This document shows positions 24,840 to 35,007 of a DNA stretch of 35,007 nucleotides, in pieces. Made by a program: the position numbers and the translations under genes. The DNA comes from Chiloscyllium plagiosum. Its lineage: Eukaryota. Location of the stretch: assembly GCF_004010195.1 (NCBI RefSeq), contig NC_057719.1, positions 44,687,921 through 44,722,927 on the forward strand, given 5' to 3'. Positions within the stretch are counted from its first letter, which is position 1. Each line of letters starts with the position of its first letter. Under the pieces are notes generated by a model. The model ran no database searches. It was not told the origin of the DNA and saw only the letters and a list, made by a program, of their open reading frames with translations.

Positions 24840-25391
24840 TTAGTTTAAAACCTCCCCAACAGCAGTAGCAAAAATTCCCCCAAGGACATTGGTTCCGGTC
24901 TGGTTCAGAATTAGACCATCCATTTTGTAATAGTCCCACCTTCCCCAGAACCAGTCCCAATGTCCAACAAATCTGAACCCCTCCCTCCGACACCATCTGT
25001 CAAGCCATGTGTTTATCCTGCCTATTTTTTCATTTATACGCTGGCTAGCATGTGGCACTGGTAATAATCCCAAGATCACTACCTTTGAGGTCCTCCTCTT
25101 TAACTTCTCTCCTAGCTCCCTGAATTCTTCTTTCAGGACCTCACCTCGTTTTCTACTTATATCGTTGGTGCCCATATGCAGCAAGACAACTGGCTGTTCA
25201 CCCTCCCCTTTTAGAACGCGCTGCAGCCGATCGGTGACATCCCTGACCCGAGCATCTGGGAGACAACATACCATCCGGGAGTCCCGTTGTTGGCCACAGA
25301 ACCACCTATTTACTCCCCTCACAATAGAGTCCCCTAGGACTATGGCCCTACAAGTCTTTTTCCCGCCCTTCTGAACAGTAGTGCCCGCCAC
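24840..25391 (-). pseudogene. CR1 ORF1 SGNH/GDSL esterase domain
   Basis: The ORF has AIVLGDSIVRGV (block I), LHMGTND (block III) and DGLILN (block V; the catalytic His of DGLHLN is replaced). Confidence 0.88.
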
Positions 25392-25659
25392 AGTGCCATG
25401 AACTTGACAACCAAAATGGTATACCTGTTTTGAAGGGAGATGACTACAGGGGACACCTGCACTGCCTTCCTACTCTTTTTCTGTCTTTTGGTTACCCATT
25501 CACTGTCTCCGTCAGCAATTCTAACCTGCAGTGTGACCAGTTCACTAAACGTGCTATCCACGACCTCCTCAGCATCGCGGATACTCGACAGTGAGTCCAA
25601 CCATAGCTCCAGAGACGTCATGCAGTCAAACAAGAGCTGCAGCTGGACACACTTCTTGC

Positions 25660-25707
25660 AAGTGTAAGTGTAAGTGTAAGTGTAAGTGTAAGTGTAAGTG
25701 CAAGTGT
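25660..25707. repeat. (AAGTGT)8 hexamer tandem repeat at the CR1/Penelope junction
   Basis: Eight units are visible; the seventh is AAGTGC. Confidence 0.95.
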
Positions 25708-26151
25708 AACAACTTTTCTTTCCAATCCTCCCACTTTCTCCAAACAAAAGGAGTAGCCATGGGCACCCGCATGGGCCCCAGCTATGCCTGCCTCTTCGTA
25801 GGGTATGTGGAACAATCCATCTTCCGCAACTACACTGGCCCCACCCCCCATCTTTTTCTTCGCTACATTGATGACTGTATCGGCGCTACCTCGTGCTCCC
25901 ACGAGGAGGTTGAACAGTTCATCCACTACACCAACACCTTCCACCCCGACCTCAAATTCACCTGGACAGCCTCGGACCCCCCCCTCCCCTTCCTAGACCT
26001 TTCTGTTACTATCTCAGGCGACCGAATCAACACGGACATCTACTACAAACCAACCGACTCCCACAGCTACCTGGACTACACCTCCTCCCATCCTGCCCCC
26101 TGTAAAAACGCCATCCCATTCTCCCAATTCCTCCGTCTCCGCCGCATCTGC
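25708..26151 (+). mobile_element. Penelope-like element reverse-transcriptase fragment (open frame)
   Basis: It reads NNFSF..FLQTKGVAMGTRMGPSYACLF..FLRYIDD..NTFHPDLKFT..LPFLDL..TDIYYKPT..YLDYTSSHP..K..IPFSQFLRLRRIC, the characteristic PLE RT core and thumb motifs. Confidence 0.93.
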
Positions 26152-26530
26152 TAATAGAAACTTACAAGATAATGCATGGCTTAGAAAGGGTGGACACTGG
26201 GAAGTTGTTTCCATTAGGCGAGGAGACTAGGACCCGTGGGCACAGCCTTAGAATTAAAGGGGGTCAATTTAGACCAGACATGAGGAGACATGTCTTCAGC
26301 CAGAGAGTGATGGGCCTGTGAAATTCATTGCCATGGAGTGCAGAGGAGGCTGGGACATTAAATGTCTTCAGGGCAGAGATTGATAAATTCTTGATCTCGC
26401 AAGGAATTAAGGGATATGGGGAGAGTGCGGGTAAGTGGAGTTGAAATGCCCATCAGCCATGATTAAATGGCAGAGTGGACTCAATGGGCCCAATGGTCTT
26501 ATTTCCAATTCTATGTCTTATGGCCTTATG
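26151..26530 (+). mobile_element. CR1 3' end, probably the continuation of 20327-21675
   Basis: It reads LIETYKIMHGLERVD..TRTRGHSLRIKG..FSQRV and has the tail ttctatgtcttatggccttatg. Confidence 0.85.
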
Positions 26531-27767
26531 TTCTTCTGCACTCATTATGCCAGAGTTATTCTGCTCACTTGACCATAATGGTAGAGTAGAGGATAGGCTG
26601 GACCATGAAGTTACAGATTTGGTTGAAAACAACTCTGCTTATACTAGTGATTCGCAGCACCTCATGATGCCCACCTTCGAACTGCTGTTTTAGTTTGAGT
26701 ATTCAGTGCTTCAGAAATTTCAGAGTCGGGAGGGTTTCGCATCAGTTCTGTAAATTGCTTTTCTTCCAGCAGATCCTTTGCAGCAATGTCCATTTCTCCT
26801 GTTCCTTGAAACTAGCTTTTCCCCATTCCGTGGTGTAAAGAATAAACAATTTACTTTAACCTCCCAGTAACATCAGAAAAGTGTAACTGACTCTGATTTG
26901 CAGTTCGCAGCGGTTTTAGAGGATTGGTGTTGCTCGGCATTTCTGTGCATTTTACACAAATGACTGAAAAAACAAACAGTGCGGAACAGAAGTAAATTCT
27001 CCCGGATATTGTCAATACCACAGCTGACCCTGAATAGGTTAATCTTGAATATATTTCTAGATTACATACACAAGACACACACTTTACACATTATATTTCG
27101 GATTGACAAACATTTGCCAACCAGAATGCAATGAGTAAATTACTGAAAGATTAAAAAAAAGGTTTATGCAAATAATTTCAAATACCCTGTGATTTCAATT
27201 AATTTCAATTGATTTGTTGCTCTGTCCCAATCTGATGTATTCTGGAGGGCAGGCACCCTAATTAGGATTGGTCATTGTATGACTCCAAAATCTTTTGATT
27301 GTTTTTCCAGCAGCATCAGGCAACTATGCTAATTGGGTGCTTTACATATGATTAACTCTCTCTCTGAATGGCAATTCAAGGTTCATGTTCTCTTTCCCAT
27401 TCCACAGATTTCATGTGTTTTCTATCAGAACCTTACAGGTTCTGAACAAATAGCTTACAAATGGCCTTTTAATTTCTTTAAATTATTTTCTTGTACATAT
27501 TGTAGATTGTAAACAAGTCTGAAATGATTTGAAGGAGTGAAAGAAAGGTTTCTCACTTGTACAGTCATGTGACTCCTTTGGTCCTATTTACACTTGGACA
27601 AAATATTCATATATGAACTTGTTTGGACAACAGCCTCTAGCTCACTTTTCCTGTTTAGAGAATACTAGTTGCAACATGATTCTATTTAATGTTTTTTTTG
27701 TAGTGTTAGATAAGTAAACTAGCCAGTAAAATAACACCCATTCCACAAAACCATGGTCTAGATATGC

Positions 27768-28297
27768 ATAGAGATGTACAGCATGGAAACAGACCCCTTG
27801 GTCCAACATGTCCAGATATCCTAACCTAATCTAGTCCCATTTTCCAGCACTTGGCCCATATCCCTCTAAACTCTTCCTATTCATATACCCATCCAGATGC
27901 CTTTTAAATGCTGCAATTGTACCAGCCTCCACCACTTCCCTCAGCAGCTATTTCCATACATGTACCACCCTCTGAGTGAAAAGGTTGCCCCTTAGGTCTC
28001 TTTTATATCTTTCCCCTCTCACCATAAATCTATGCCCTCTAGTTCTGGACTCCCCCACGCCAGGTAAGAGACTTCATCGATTTATCTTATCCATGCTCCT
28101 CATGATTTTATAAACCTCTATGAGGTCACCCTTCAGTCTCAGACCCTTCAGGGAAACCAGTCACAGCCTATTCGACCTCTTCCTATAGCGCAAATCCTCC
28201 AACACTGGCAACATCCTTGTAAATCTTTTCTGAACTCTTTCAGGTTTCACAACATCTTTCCGATAGGAAGGAGACCAGAATTGCACACAGTATTCCA
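27768..28297 (-). mobile_element. CR1 3' fragment
   Basis: It starts catagagatgtacagcatggaaacagacc (reverse complement of the tail at 17468-17496) and ends at the EYCVQFWSP-coding segment (ggagaccagaattgcacacagtattcc). Confidence 0.9.
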
Positions 28298-28434
28298 GAG
28301 TCCTTCTGTAAGTATGTCTATCCCAAAGCACTGTTAATAGGAAAATGGGTTAAGTTCACCAACATAATCTGGCTCAAAAAGGGCAACAAATATATTCTTC
28401 TTTGTCCCCTTGCCTTACCATTTTTGTCACCTGT

Positions 28435-28873
28435 GACCTGGCGAACTCTCTTAACTTTGAGTCAGATAGTTCTGGGATCAGGTCCCACTCCAGGACATGA
28501 GCACAGACATCTCGCTGACATATCAGTACAGGAGTGAGAGAGTGCTGCACTGTTGCCATCTCAGACCAATGTTACACTAATGCCCTGCCAGCCCTCTCAG
28601 GTGAAAGTAAAGGAATCCAGAACATTAGCAAAGAAGAGCAGGGGAGTTATCACTAATGTCTAAGCCTGTACTTCTCATTCAGTCAACATCACCAAAAAAA
28701 AGGATTATCTGACCATTATTACAAAGTTACTTGTGGGAGCTTGTAGAGTGCAAACTGGCTGATGCATTTCATCACATGGTAATGGGGACTACACTTCAAA
28801 TGGACTCATTAGGTATTGAGGTGCTAACTGGTGGTAAAAGATGCTATATAAGTGCAAATCGTTCTTTCTTTTT
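28435..28873 (+). mobile_element. Near-full-length old Deu-domain SINE (SacSINE1/AmnSINE-like)
   Basis: It has a tRNA-like head (gagtcagatagttctgggatcaggtcccactcc), gtgctgcactgt, ccctctcaggtg..aagaagagcaggggagtt, gattatctgaccattat..tgtgggagcttg and an L2-like tail gctatataagtgcaaatcgttctttc. Confidence 0.78.
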
Positions 28874-31285
28874 CAGTCACTAATTTCACACAGCCTGTCT
28901 TTGTCTTGGTCACTCTCTGCAAATAAAGGCAAAAGAGTGGAGCTATGTACTTTCCTTTCTTCCTGAGTCTGTACCACTGATGGAGAGAAAGACTTATGCT
29001 AAGGGAGGCAGTGCAGTGCTGCTTCCCAAACTGTGGATTGTAACCTCAATTGGGGTCAGAGGAACTGTGCTTGGAGTGGTTAGCTACCCCTCCTTTGATA
29101 CAGTGCCCAATAACCTAGCCCAGGTAGGGTCTGGCCCTACTGTTGCCTTGTTTAATTTTTGGTGTTAGAATGTTTTTCTTCTGACATTTAGAAATGTCAG
29201 GAGCCACATTGGCTAAGGCTTCAGCTATCAGAGTTGCCACAGCTTCCTGCTGGTTACCATCAGTTGGCTGACCCATATGACTAGGGGAGGAGCTGAATTT
29301 ATTGTATGTGAGTGTGTTGCGAGGACTGGGGCTGATTACAGTTTTGTCTGTGTGGGAGAATAGGGAGGTAGAGGGACTCCAGTGAATCTTCAAGCATTGT
29401 GGAATATGAACAGCTTGGCTGAAAGCTCATTTGTCAGTTGAGCTTTATGTGAAGTAGCACTTCACTTTCCCTGGATTAGGAGGATCGTGGATCCACATAA
29501 ATTAGTTAACTTGTGAAATAATTCCATTTAATTTTAAAACTGTGCAGCAGAATCCACAGTGAAGCTGCAACCTCTGGGACTATAAATATTATGTTATACC
29601 ATGATATTCTCAGCAGAAAATTAAATATTTATTGGATCATCTCACATTCGAATCATCGATGTTTAGACAGCCTTTAGGAAATCTTGGTGTTATGTTGTTA
29701 GAGATCAATAAGTATCAATTGTATCCATTGCTTCACTGTCAAGGTCATGAGCTGGAGAGGCTCAGATCAAGGAATGAACTGGTGAATATATGAAGTGATC
29801 GCATTTTAACAAAGTAATTTAAAAAACAAAGTTTAATATTTGTATATTGATCTAATAATCCATGAATTTTAATAATTGTGTGCTGAATATTGTTATGATG
29901 TTTTATTACTTTATTGGTGTCTGGGGACACATTAATTTAGAAGTGTTAAAATGGAGTCACGATAGAAAGTTGTTTACGAAGCACGTCAGTAAGGGACTGT
30001 TATTGGGGGAATTCGATCCTCACAAAAGAATAAAAAGGACGACAATTTGGCCATCGTTTTGTCTCACATTAACTTCAAACTTTTGCCAATAGTAGCCTTC
30101 AGAGTGAAACTATTCAGTCAAACTAATGCATTACTTAACTGTGTAGCACATATTTAAAGTGGTTGCCCAATTCCACTGCTATAGCAAGTATACCAAATTT
30201 TCCCTCTACAGATTCTCTACATAATGTAGAGATACTGTATTGGCCTGCCCAGCAATTAAAGTGACAATGTCCAGTAAAAAGGGTCAGTTATTTGATGAGG
30301 CCTGGCCATTGGCTGAATTCCAATGCTAATGTTGCTCTGGCACCAAATCCAGGCCTATGTGTATGTGTGTGAATGTCTAGATCTGTAGCATATTAAAAAT
30401 CAGGAGTGAGTTTTCTTCACTATTTTGTAATTCAAGGTTTAGCTGATGGGTTGGGCTAAGATGAAGTAATCAAATATTTTGAGACTTTAGTGTCTTTGCC
30501 ATTACATGTTGCTGAACAAGAACTATAATCAACTGAACACGTTAGAACTAGAATTTTCAAACAGTTACTTAAAAGCCTGTTCATCGCCAGTACATAGAAG
30601 ACTTTTGTGCAATTTAAATGTGAGTAATTAAGTACAGAAACAGAAATGATGAAGGTTTATACTTTTACACCAATTATAATGCATTCATACTAGCTGCAAA
30701 CCAACAGCTGCCCCGGCCGCCTGTAAAATGATTTAAATAACATAGCAAACAAGTTACTCTATAACTTGCGTACTTCAAAGCTACAGAGCTATTTCTGCAA
30801 AAGAACGTCTCTGCTTTTAATGTGAACAAAGACTTATTAGATCAAGCAATGCTTTATTGACATCAATTACAAAAGTAGAGCCACCACCTTCTTAGAAACC
30901 TGCAGGAATTCCCCAGATTTGTAAGTCAACACGGTCAACTGCAAGCATGTGCGAGAATATTTTCTTGAAGAGGTGCAGATTTATTCTGTAAATAACCACC
31001 TACCTATGTTTGCAATACATTTTTATTTGGTATGTGTGAAAGGCACATGGTTGAGTAGAAGAGGTGGAGCATCAGAAATTGCACAACCCCAGCACTGACA
31101 TCAGATTGACATGTCCAATGAGCATTACACAGAATCAAGAATAATCAAAGATGTTGAAATCAGATACGTGGCTAATAAGTAGTCATGTGAGAAAAATGGC
31201 TGTTTATAAATGTCTTCATGTTTCAGAGGCTGTACTGCATTAGTGAGGCTAATTTGCAAAGTTTAGACAATTTAATCCCAAATAA

Positions 31286-31514
31286 GATTCAGAGATGCCG
31301 GTGTTGGACTGGGGTGTACAAAGTTAAAAATCACACAACACCAGGTTATAGTCCAACAGGTTTAATTGGAAGCACACTAGCTTTCGGAGCACCGCTCCTT
31401 CATCAGATGATTGTCACTTGATGAAGGAGCGTCGCTCCGAAAGCTAGTGTGCTTCCAATTAAACCTGTTGGACTATAACCTGGTGTTGTGTGATTTTTAA
31501 CTTTGTACACCCCA
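31286..31514. mobile_element. Palindromic Penelope-like terminal-repeat insertion (arms 31310-31410 and 31414-31514)
   Basis: The arms are ~101-bp reverse complements with 4 mismatches and a 3-nt loop, and each carries a hammerhead-type motif. cccaaataa occurs at 31277-31285 and 31511-31519. Confidence 0.88.
31375..31409 (-). ncRNA. Minimal type I hammerhead ribozyme motif (Penelope-associated)
   Basis: The minus strand reads cat-CUGAUGA-a-ggagc-ggu-gcucc-GAAA-gc-UA-gug. It has intact core boxes, a 5-bp stem II, a palindromic AGCU stem III, a CUA cleavage triplet and stem I cau/gug. Confidence 0.72.
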
Positions 31515-32007
31515 AATAAATTAGGAATAATTTTAACTCAGGCAAACTGTACACTTGATGTGTCATTTAAAAGATAACTATTTTCTACATTAAAGTTCTC
31601 AGCACCAGCATTCAGGACCTATGTTCTGTTCACCCTCTGACTATGTTTCCTCATGAAATCAATCCATTATATACAATGATTATACACACTTTACTCTTGA
31701 ATAACCAAATATTCAATTTAATGTTTAAAAGAGGGAGAAAGTTCTGGAAATCCAAAACAATACCAGAAAATGGTGGCAAACTACAGGTCAATCCTGCCTA
31801 GAAAAGATTAACACTTTGGATGGAAATTCATAATAATTTAAAAACATAGTTTTATTTGTAACGCTAATGAGTTAGAGAAATTTAAGTAAGCGACATAACA
31901 AAGAATCAAACAAACTGTTCTTTAAAAAATGGAATAAAGTAGCTCTGGGGAACATGGAAATATGAACAAGCTCTCTAACACATTCTGCAAATGGAAAACT
32001 AATTACT

Positions 32008-32252
32008 TAAGAACATAAGAAGATAAGAACAGAAGTAGGCCATTTGGCCCACTGAGTCTGCTCCTCTATTCAATGCAATCATGGCTGCTCCGATGTTCCT
32101 CAACTCCACTTTCCTGCCTTATCTCCCTAGCCCTTGATTCCCTTACAGATTAAAAATCTGTCTGTCTCAAGTTTGTATATTATTAATGACCCAGCCTTCA
32201 CAGCTCTCTGCAGCAGAGAATTATAGTGATTCACCACTCTCTGAGAGAAGAA
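32008..32252 (-). mobile_element. Old CR1 3'-end fragment
   Basis: taagaacataagaa..gaagtaggccatttggccc..atcatggctg is a CR1 3'-UTR pattern. Confidence 0.75.
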
Positions 32253-34255
32253 CTTAGAACATTACAGCGCAGTACAGGCCCTTTGGCCCTCGATGTTGTG
32301 CCGACCTGTGGAACCAATCTGAAGCCTATCTATCCTAAACTATTCCATTCTCATCTATATGTTTATCCATGCCTTTACTAATCTCTGAGTAATGAAACTA
32401 CCTCTGACATCTGTCCTATATCTATCACCCCTCAATTTAAAGCTATGTTCTCTCATGCTAGCTATCACCATCCGAGGAAAAAGGCTCCCACTGTCCACTC
32501 TATCTAAACATCTGATTATTTTATATGCCTGAATTAAGTCACCTCTCAACTTTCTTCGCTATAAGACCTTTCCTCAATACCAGGCAACATCCGAGTAAAT
32601 ATCCTTTGAACTCTTTCCAAATCTTCCACATCCTTCCTATAATGTGGTGACCAGAACTGCATGCAATACCCCAAGTGCGGCCGCACAAGAGTTTTCACAG
32701 CTGCAGCATGACCTCGTAATTCCGAAACTCAATCCCTCTACCAATAAAAGCTAACAAACAGTATGCCTTCTTGACAATCTTATCAACCTGGGTCGCAACT
32801 TTAAGGGATCTATCTACGTAGACACCAAGATCTCTCTGCCCATCTCCACTACCAAGAATCTTACCATTAGCCTAGAACTCTTTATTCCTGTTGCTCCTTC
32901 CAAAGTCAACCACCTCACACTTCTCTCTATTAAACTCCATTTGTCACCTCTCAGCCAATCTCTGCAACTTATCTATGTTCCTCTGAAATCTGCAACATCC
33001 TTCAGCACTATCCACAACTCCACTGACCTTAAAGATTTACTAACCCATCTTCCTACGCCTTCATCTGGGTCATTTAGATTAGATTAGATTACTTACAGTG
33101 TGGAAACAGGCCCTTCGGCCCAACAAGTCCACACCGCCCCGCCGAAGCGCAATCCGCCCATACCCCTACCCCTTACCTAACACTATGGGCAATTTAGCAT
33201 GGCCAATTCACCTGACCTGCACATCTTTGGACTGTGGGAGGAAACCGGAGCACCCGGAGGAAACCTACGCAGACACGGGGAGAACGTGCAAACTCCACAC
33301 AGTCAGTCGCCTGAGGCGAGAATTGAACGCGGGTCTCTGGCGCTGTGAGGCAGCAGTCCTAACCATTGCGCCACCGTGCCACCCAAAAATGACAAACAGT
33401 AGTGGCCCCAAAACAGATACTTGTGGTACACCACTACTAACTGAACTCCAGGATGAACTTTTCCCATCAATCACCACAGTCTGTATTTTTTTCAGCTAGC
33501 CAATTCCTGATCCAAATGCTAAATCACCCTCAATCCCATACCTCTGTACTTTGTACAATAGCCTACTGTGTGGAACCTTATCAAACGCCTTACTAAAATT
33601 CATATATACCACATCAACCGCTTTACTCTCATTCACCTGTTTGGTCACCATCTCAAAGAATTCAATAAGGTTTGTGAGACACGACCTACCCTTCACGAAA
33701 CCGTGTTGACTATCTCTAATCAACTTATTCCTCTCTAGATGATTGTAAATCCTATCTCTTATAACTTTTTCCAACACTTTAACCCCAACTGAAGTAAGGC
33801 TCACTGGTCTATAATTACTCCTCTTCTTGAACAAGGGGACAACATTTGCCATCCTCCAATCTTATGGCACTATTCCTGTAGACAATGACAACGTAAAGAT
33901 CAAAGCCAAAGTCTCTACAATCTCCTGCCTGGCTTCCCAGAGAATCCTAGGATAAATCCCATCCACCCCAGCGGACTTATTTATTTTCACACTTTCCAGA
34001 ATTGCTAACACCTCCTCCTCCTTCTGAACCTCAATCCCGTCTAGTCTAGTAGCATGTATCTCAGTATTCTCAACAACATTGTCTTTTTCCACTGTGAATA
34101 CTGAGGAAAAATATCCATTTAGTGTTTCCCCTCTCTCCTCGGCCTCCACGTACAACTTTCCACTACTGTCCTTGATTGGCCCTAATCTTTCGCTAGTCAT
34201 TCTTTTATTCCTGGTATACCTATAGAAATCTTTAGTGTTTCCTTGATCCTATCTT
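32253..34255 (-). mobile_element. 5'-truncated CR1 LINE (RT and 3' UTR), interrupted by an HE1 SINE
   Basis: It reads [64 protein letters not shown] and MRGDLIQAYKII. The tail is cttagaacattacagcgcagtacaggccc. Confidence 0.93.
33074..33384 (-). mobile_element. Full-length HE1-like V-SINE
   Basis: The minus strand has gggtggcacggtggcgcaatggttag (A box), gttcaattc (B box), the V-domain tgtgtggagtttgcacgttctccccgtgtctgcg and the tail gtaagt(aatct)n. Confidence 0.93.
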
Positions 34256-34848
34256 TGAGGAGAAAGTGAGGTCTGCAGATGCTGGAGATCAGAGCTGAAA
34301 ATGTGTTGCTGGAAAAGCGCAGCAGGTCAGGCAGCATCCAGGAACAGGAGAATCGACGTTTCGGGCATAAGCCCTTCTTCACGAATGAGGAAAGTTTGTC
34401 CAGCAGGCTAAGATAAAAGGTAGGGAGGAGGGACTTGGGGGAGGGGCGTCGGAAATGTGATAGATGGAAAGAGGTCAAGGTGAGGGTGATAGGTCAGACT
34501 GGGGTGGGGGCGGAGAGGTCGGGAAGAAGATTGCAGGTTAGGAAGGCGGTGCCGAATTCGATGGATTAGACTGAGACAAGGTGGATAAACCACAAGGGAT
34601 GAACTCGGATTTCACCAGTTTCCTCACTTCCCCTCCCCCCAGCCTGTCTCAGTCAAATCCATCAAATTCAGCACCGCCTCCCTAACCTGCAATCTTCTTC
34701 CCGACCTCCCCGCCCCCACCCCAGTCTGACCTATCACCCTCACCTTGACCTCTTTCCACCTATCACATTTCCGACGCCCCTCCCCCAAGTCCCACCTCCC
34801 TACCTTTTATCTTAGCCTGCTAGACAAACTTTCCTCATTCCTGAAGAA
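34256..34848. mobile_element. Penelope-like element end with inverted pseudo-LTR arrangement (arms 34375-34584 and 34639-34848)
   Basis: The arms are ~210-bp reverse complements. A hammerhead-type motif lies on the minus strand at 34351-34386. The spacer reads PQGMNSDFTSFL, resembling the end of a PLE ORF. It is homologous to 17805-17932. Confidence 0.85.
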
Positions 34849-35007
34849 CAAAAGAAGCCAAATTATATAAATATCGAGCGTTTGTCGAATTCGGTGTGTG
34901 TTTTGTCCCTTCCTTGTGACTTGCAAGTGTACAAATAAATGACACTACTGCTTCAGATTTTTGTCTCGGACTGAAATTATTGAAGTGAGTGAGCTTTGTT
35001 TCTCACA
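34849..35007 (+). mobile_element. Possible LTR 3' portion (R/U5-like)
   Basis: It has tataaata (~34867), aataaa (~34934), retained CpGs, and ends ..tctcaca at the window edge. This rests on motif layout only. Confidence 0.25.

Larger units (their letters stand above)
21676..25662 (-). mobile_element. Near-full-length degenerate CR1 LINE (ORF1 zinc finger/esterase, ORF2 endonuclease-RT, 3' tail)
   Basis: The motifs are in order: CKKCVQLQLL (ORF1 N-term), GDSIVRG/GTND esterase, [56 protein letters not shown] and MRGDLIKVYKIM. The tail is (ttcttg)-like at 21676-21706. There are many frameshifts. Confidence 0.95.

Noticed and set aside
25591..26154. 187-aa ORF with a CKCKCK Cys-rich N-terminus as a novel metal-binding RT fusion
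   Set aside because: It is a chance read-through of antisense CR1, a junction microsatellite and an internal Penelope RT fragment. It begins at a GTG codon, lacks the N-terminal RT motifs and shows no sign of being a gene.

Overview
This is vertebrate genomic DNA, most likely from a shark or other elasmobranch; that is inferred from HE1-like V-SINEs, Deu-domain SINEs and esterase-type CR1 LINEs. I could not recognise any host protein-coding gene, rRNA, tRNA or CRISPR array. The window is mostly decayed transposons: many CR1 LINE copies (two retain ORF1 SGNH-esterase sequence), an older second LINE family, a Rex1/Babar fragment, a Gypsy gag relic, HE1 and Deu SINEs, and several Penelope-like (PLE) pieces. 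There is also a 497-N assembly gap. The long ORFs that can be recognised are broken transposon ORFs or their antisense shadows. The most notable structures are: (1) two PLE inverted repeats carrying minimal hammerhead-ribozyme motifs, one with an intact core (31375-31409, - strand); (2) a multi-layer nest of insertions at 19.1-26.7 kb whose oldest host can be rejoined across 6.2 kb; (3) a 41-bp retroposon tail flanked by a 116-bp direct duplication; (4) a 31-bp hairpin-mediated micro-inversion; (5) an ~891-bp tandem duplication; (6) an (AAGTGT)8 filler at a CR1/Penelope junction. I see no convincing evidence of a new gene system. Family names come from motif recognition by eye and need RepeatMasker/Dfam confirmation.
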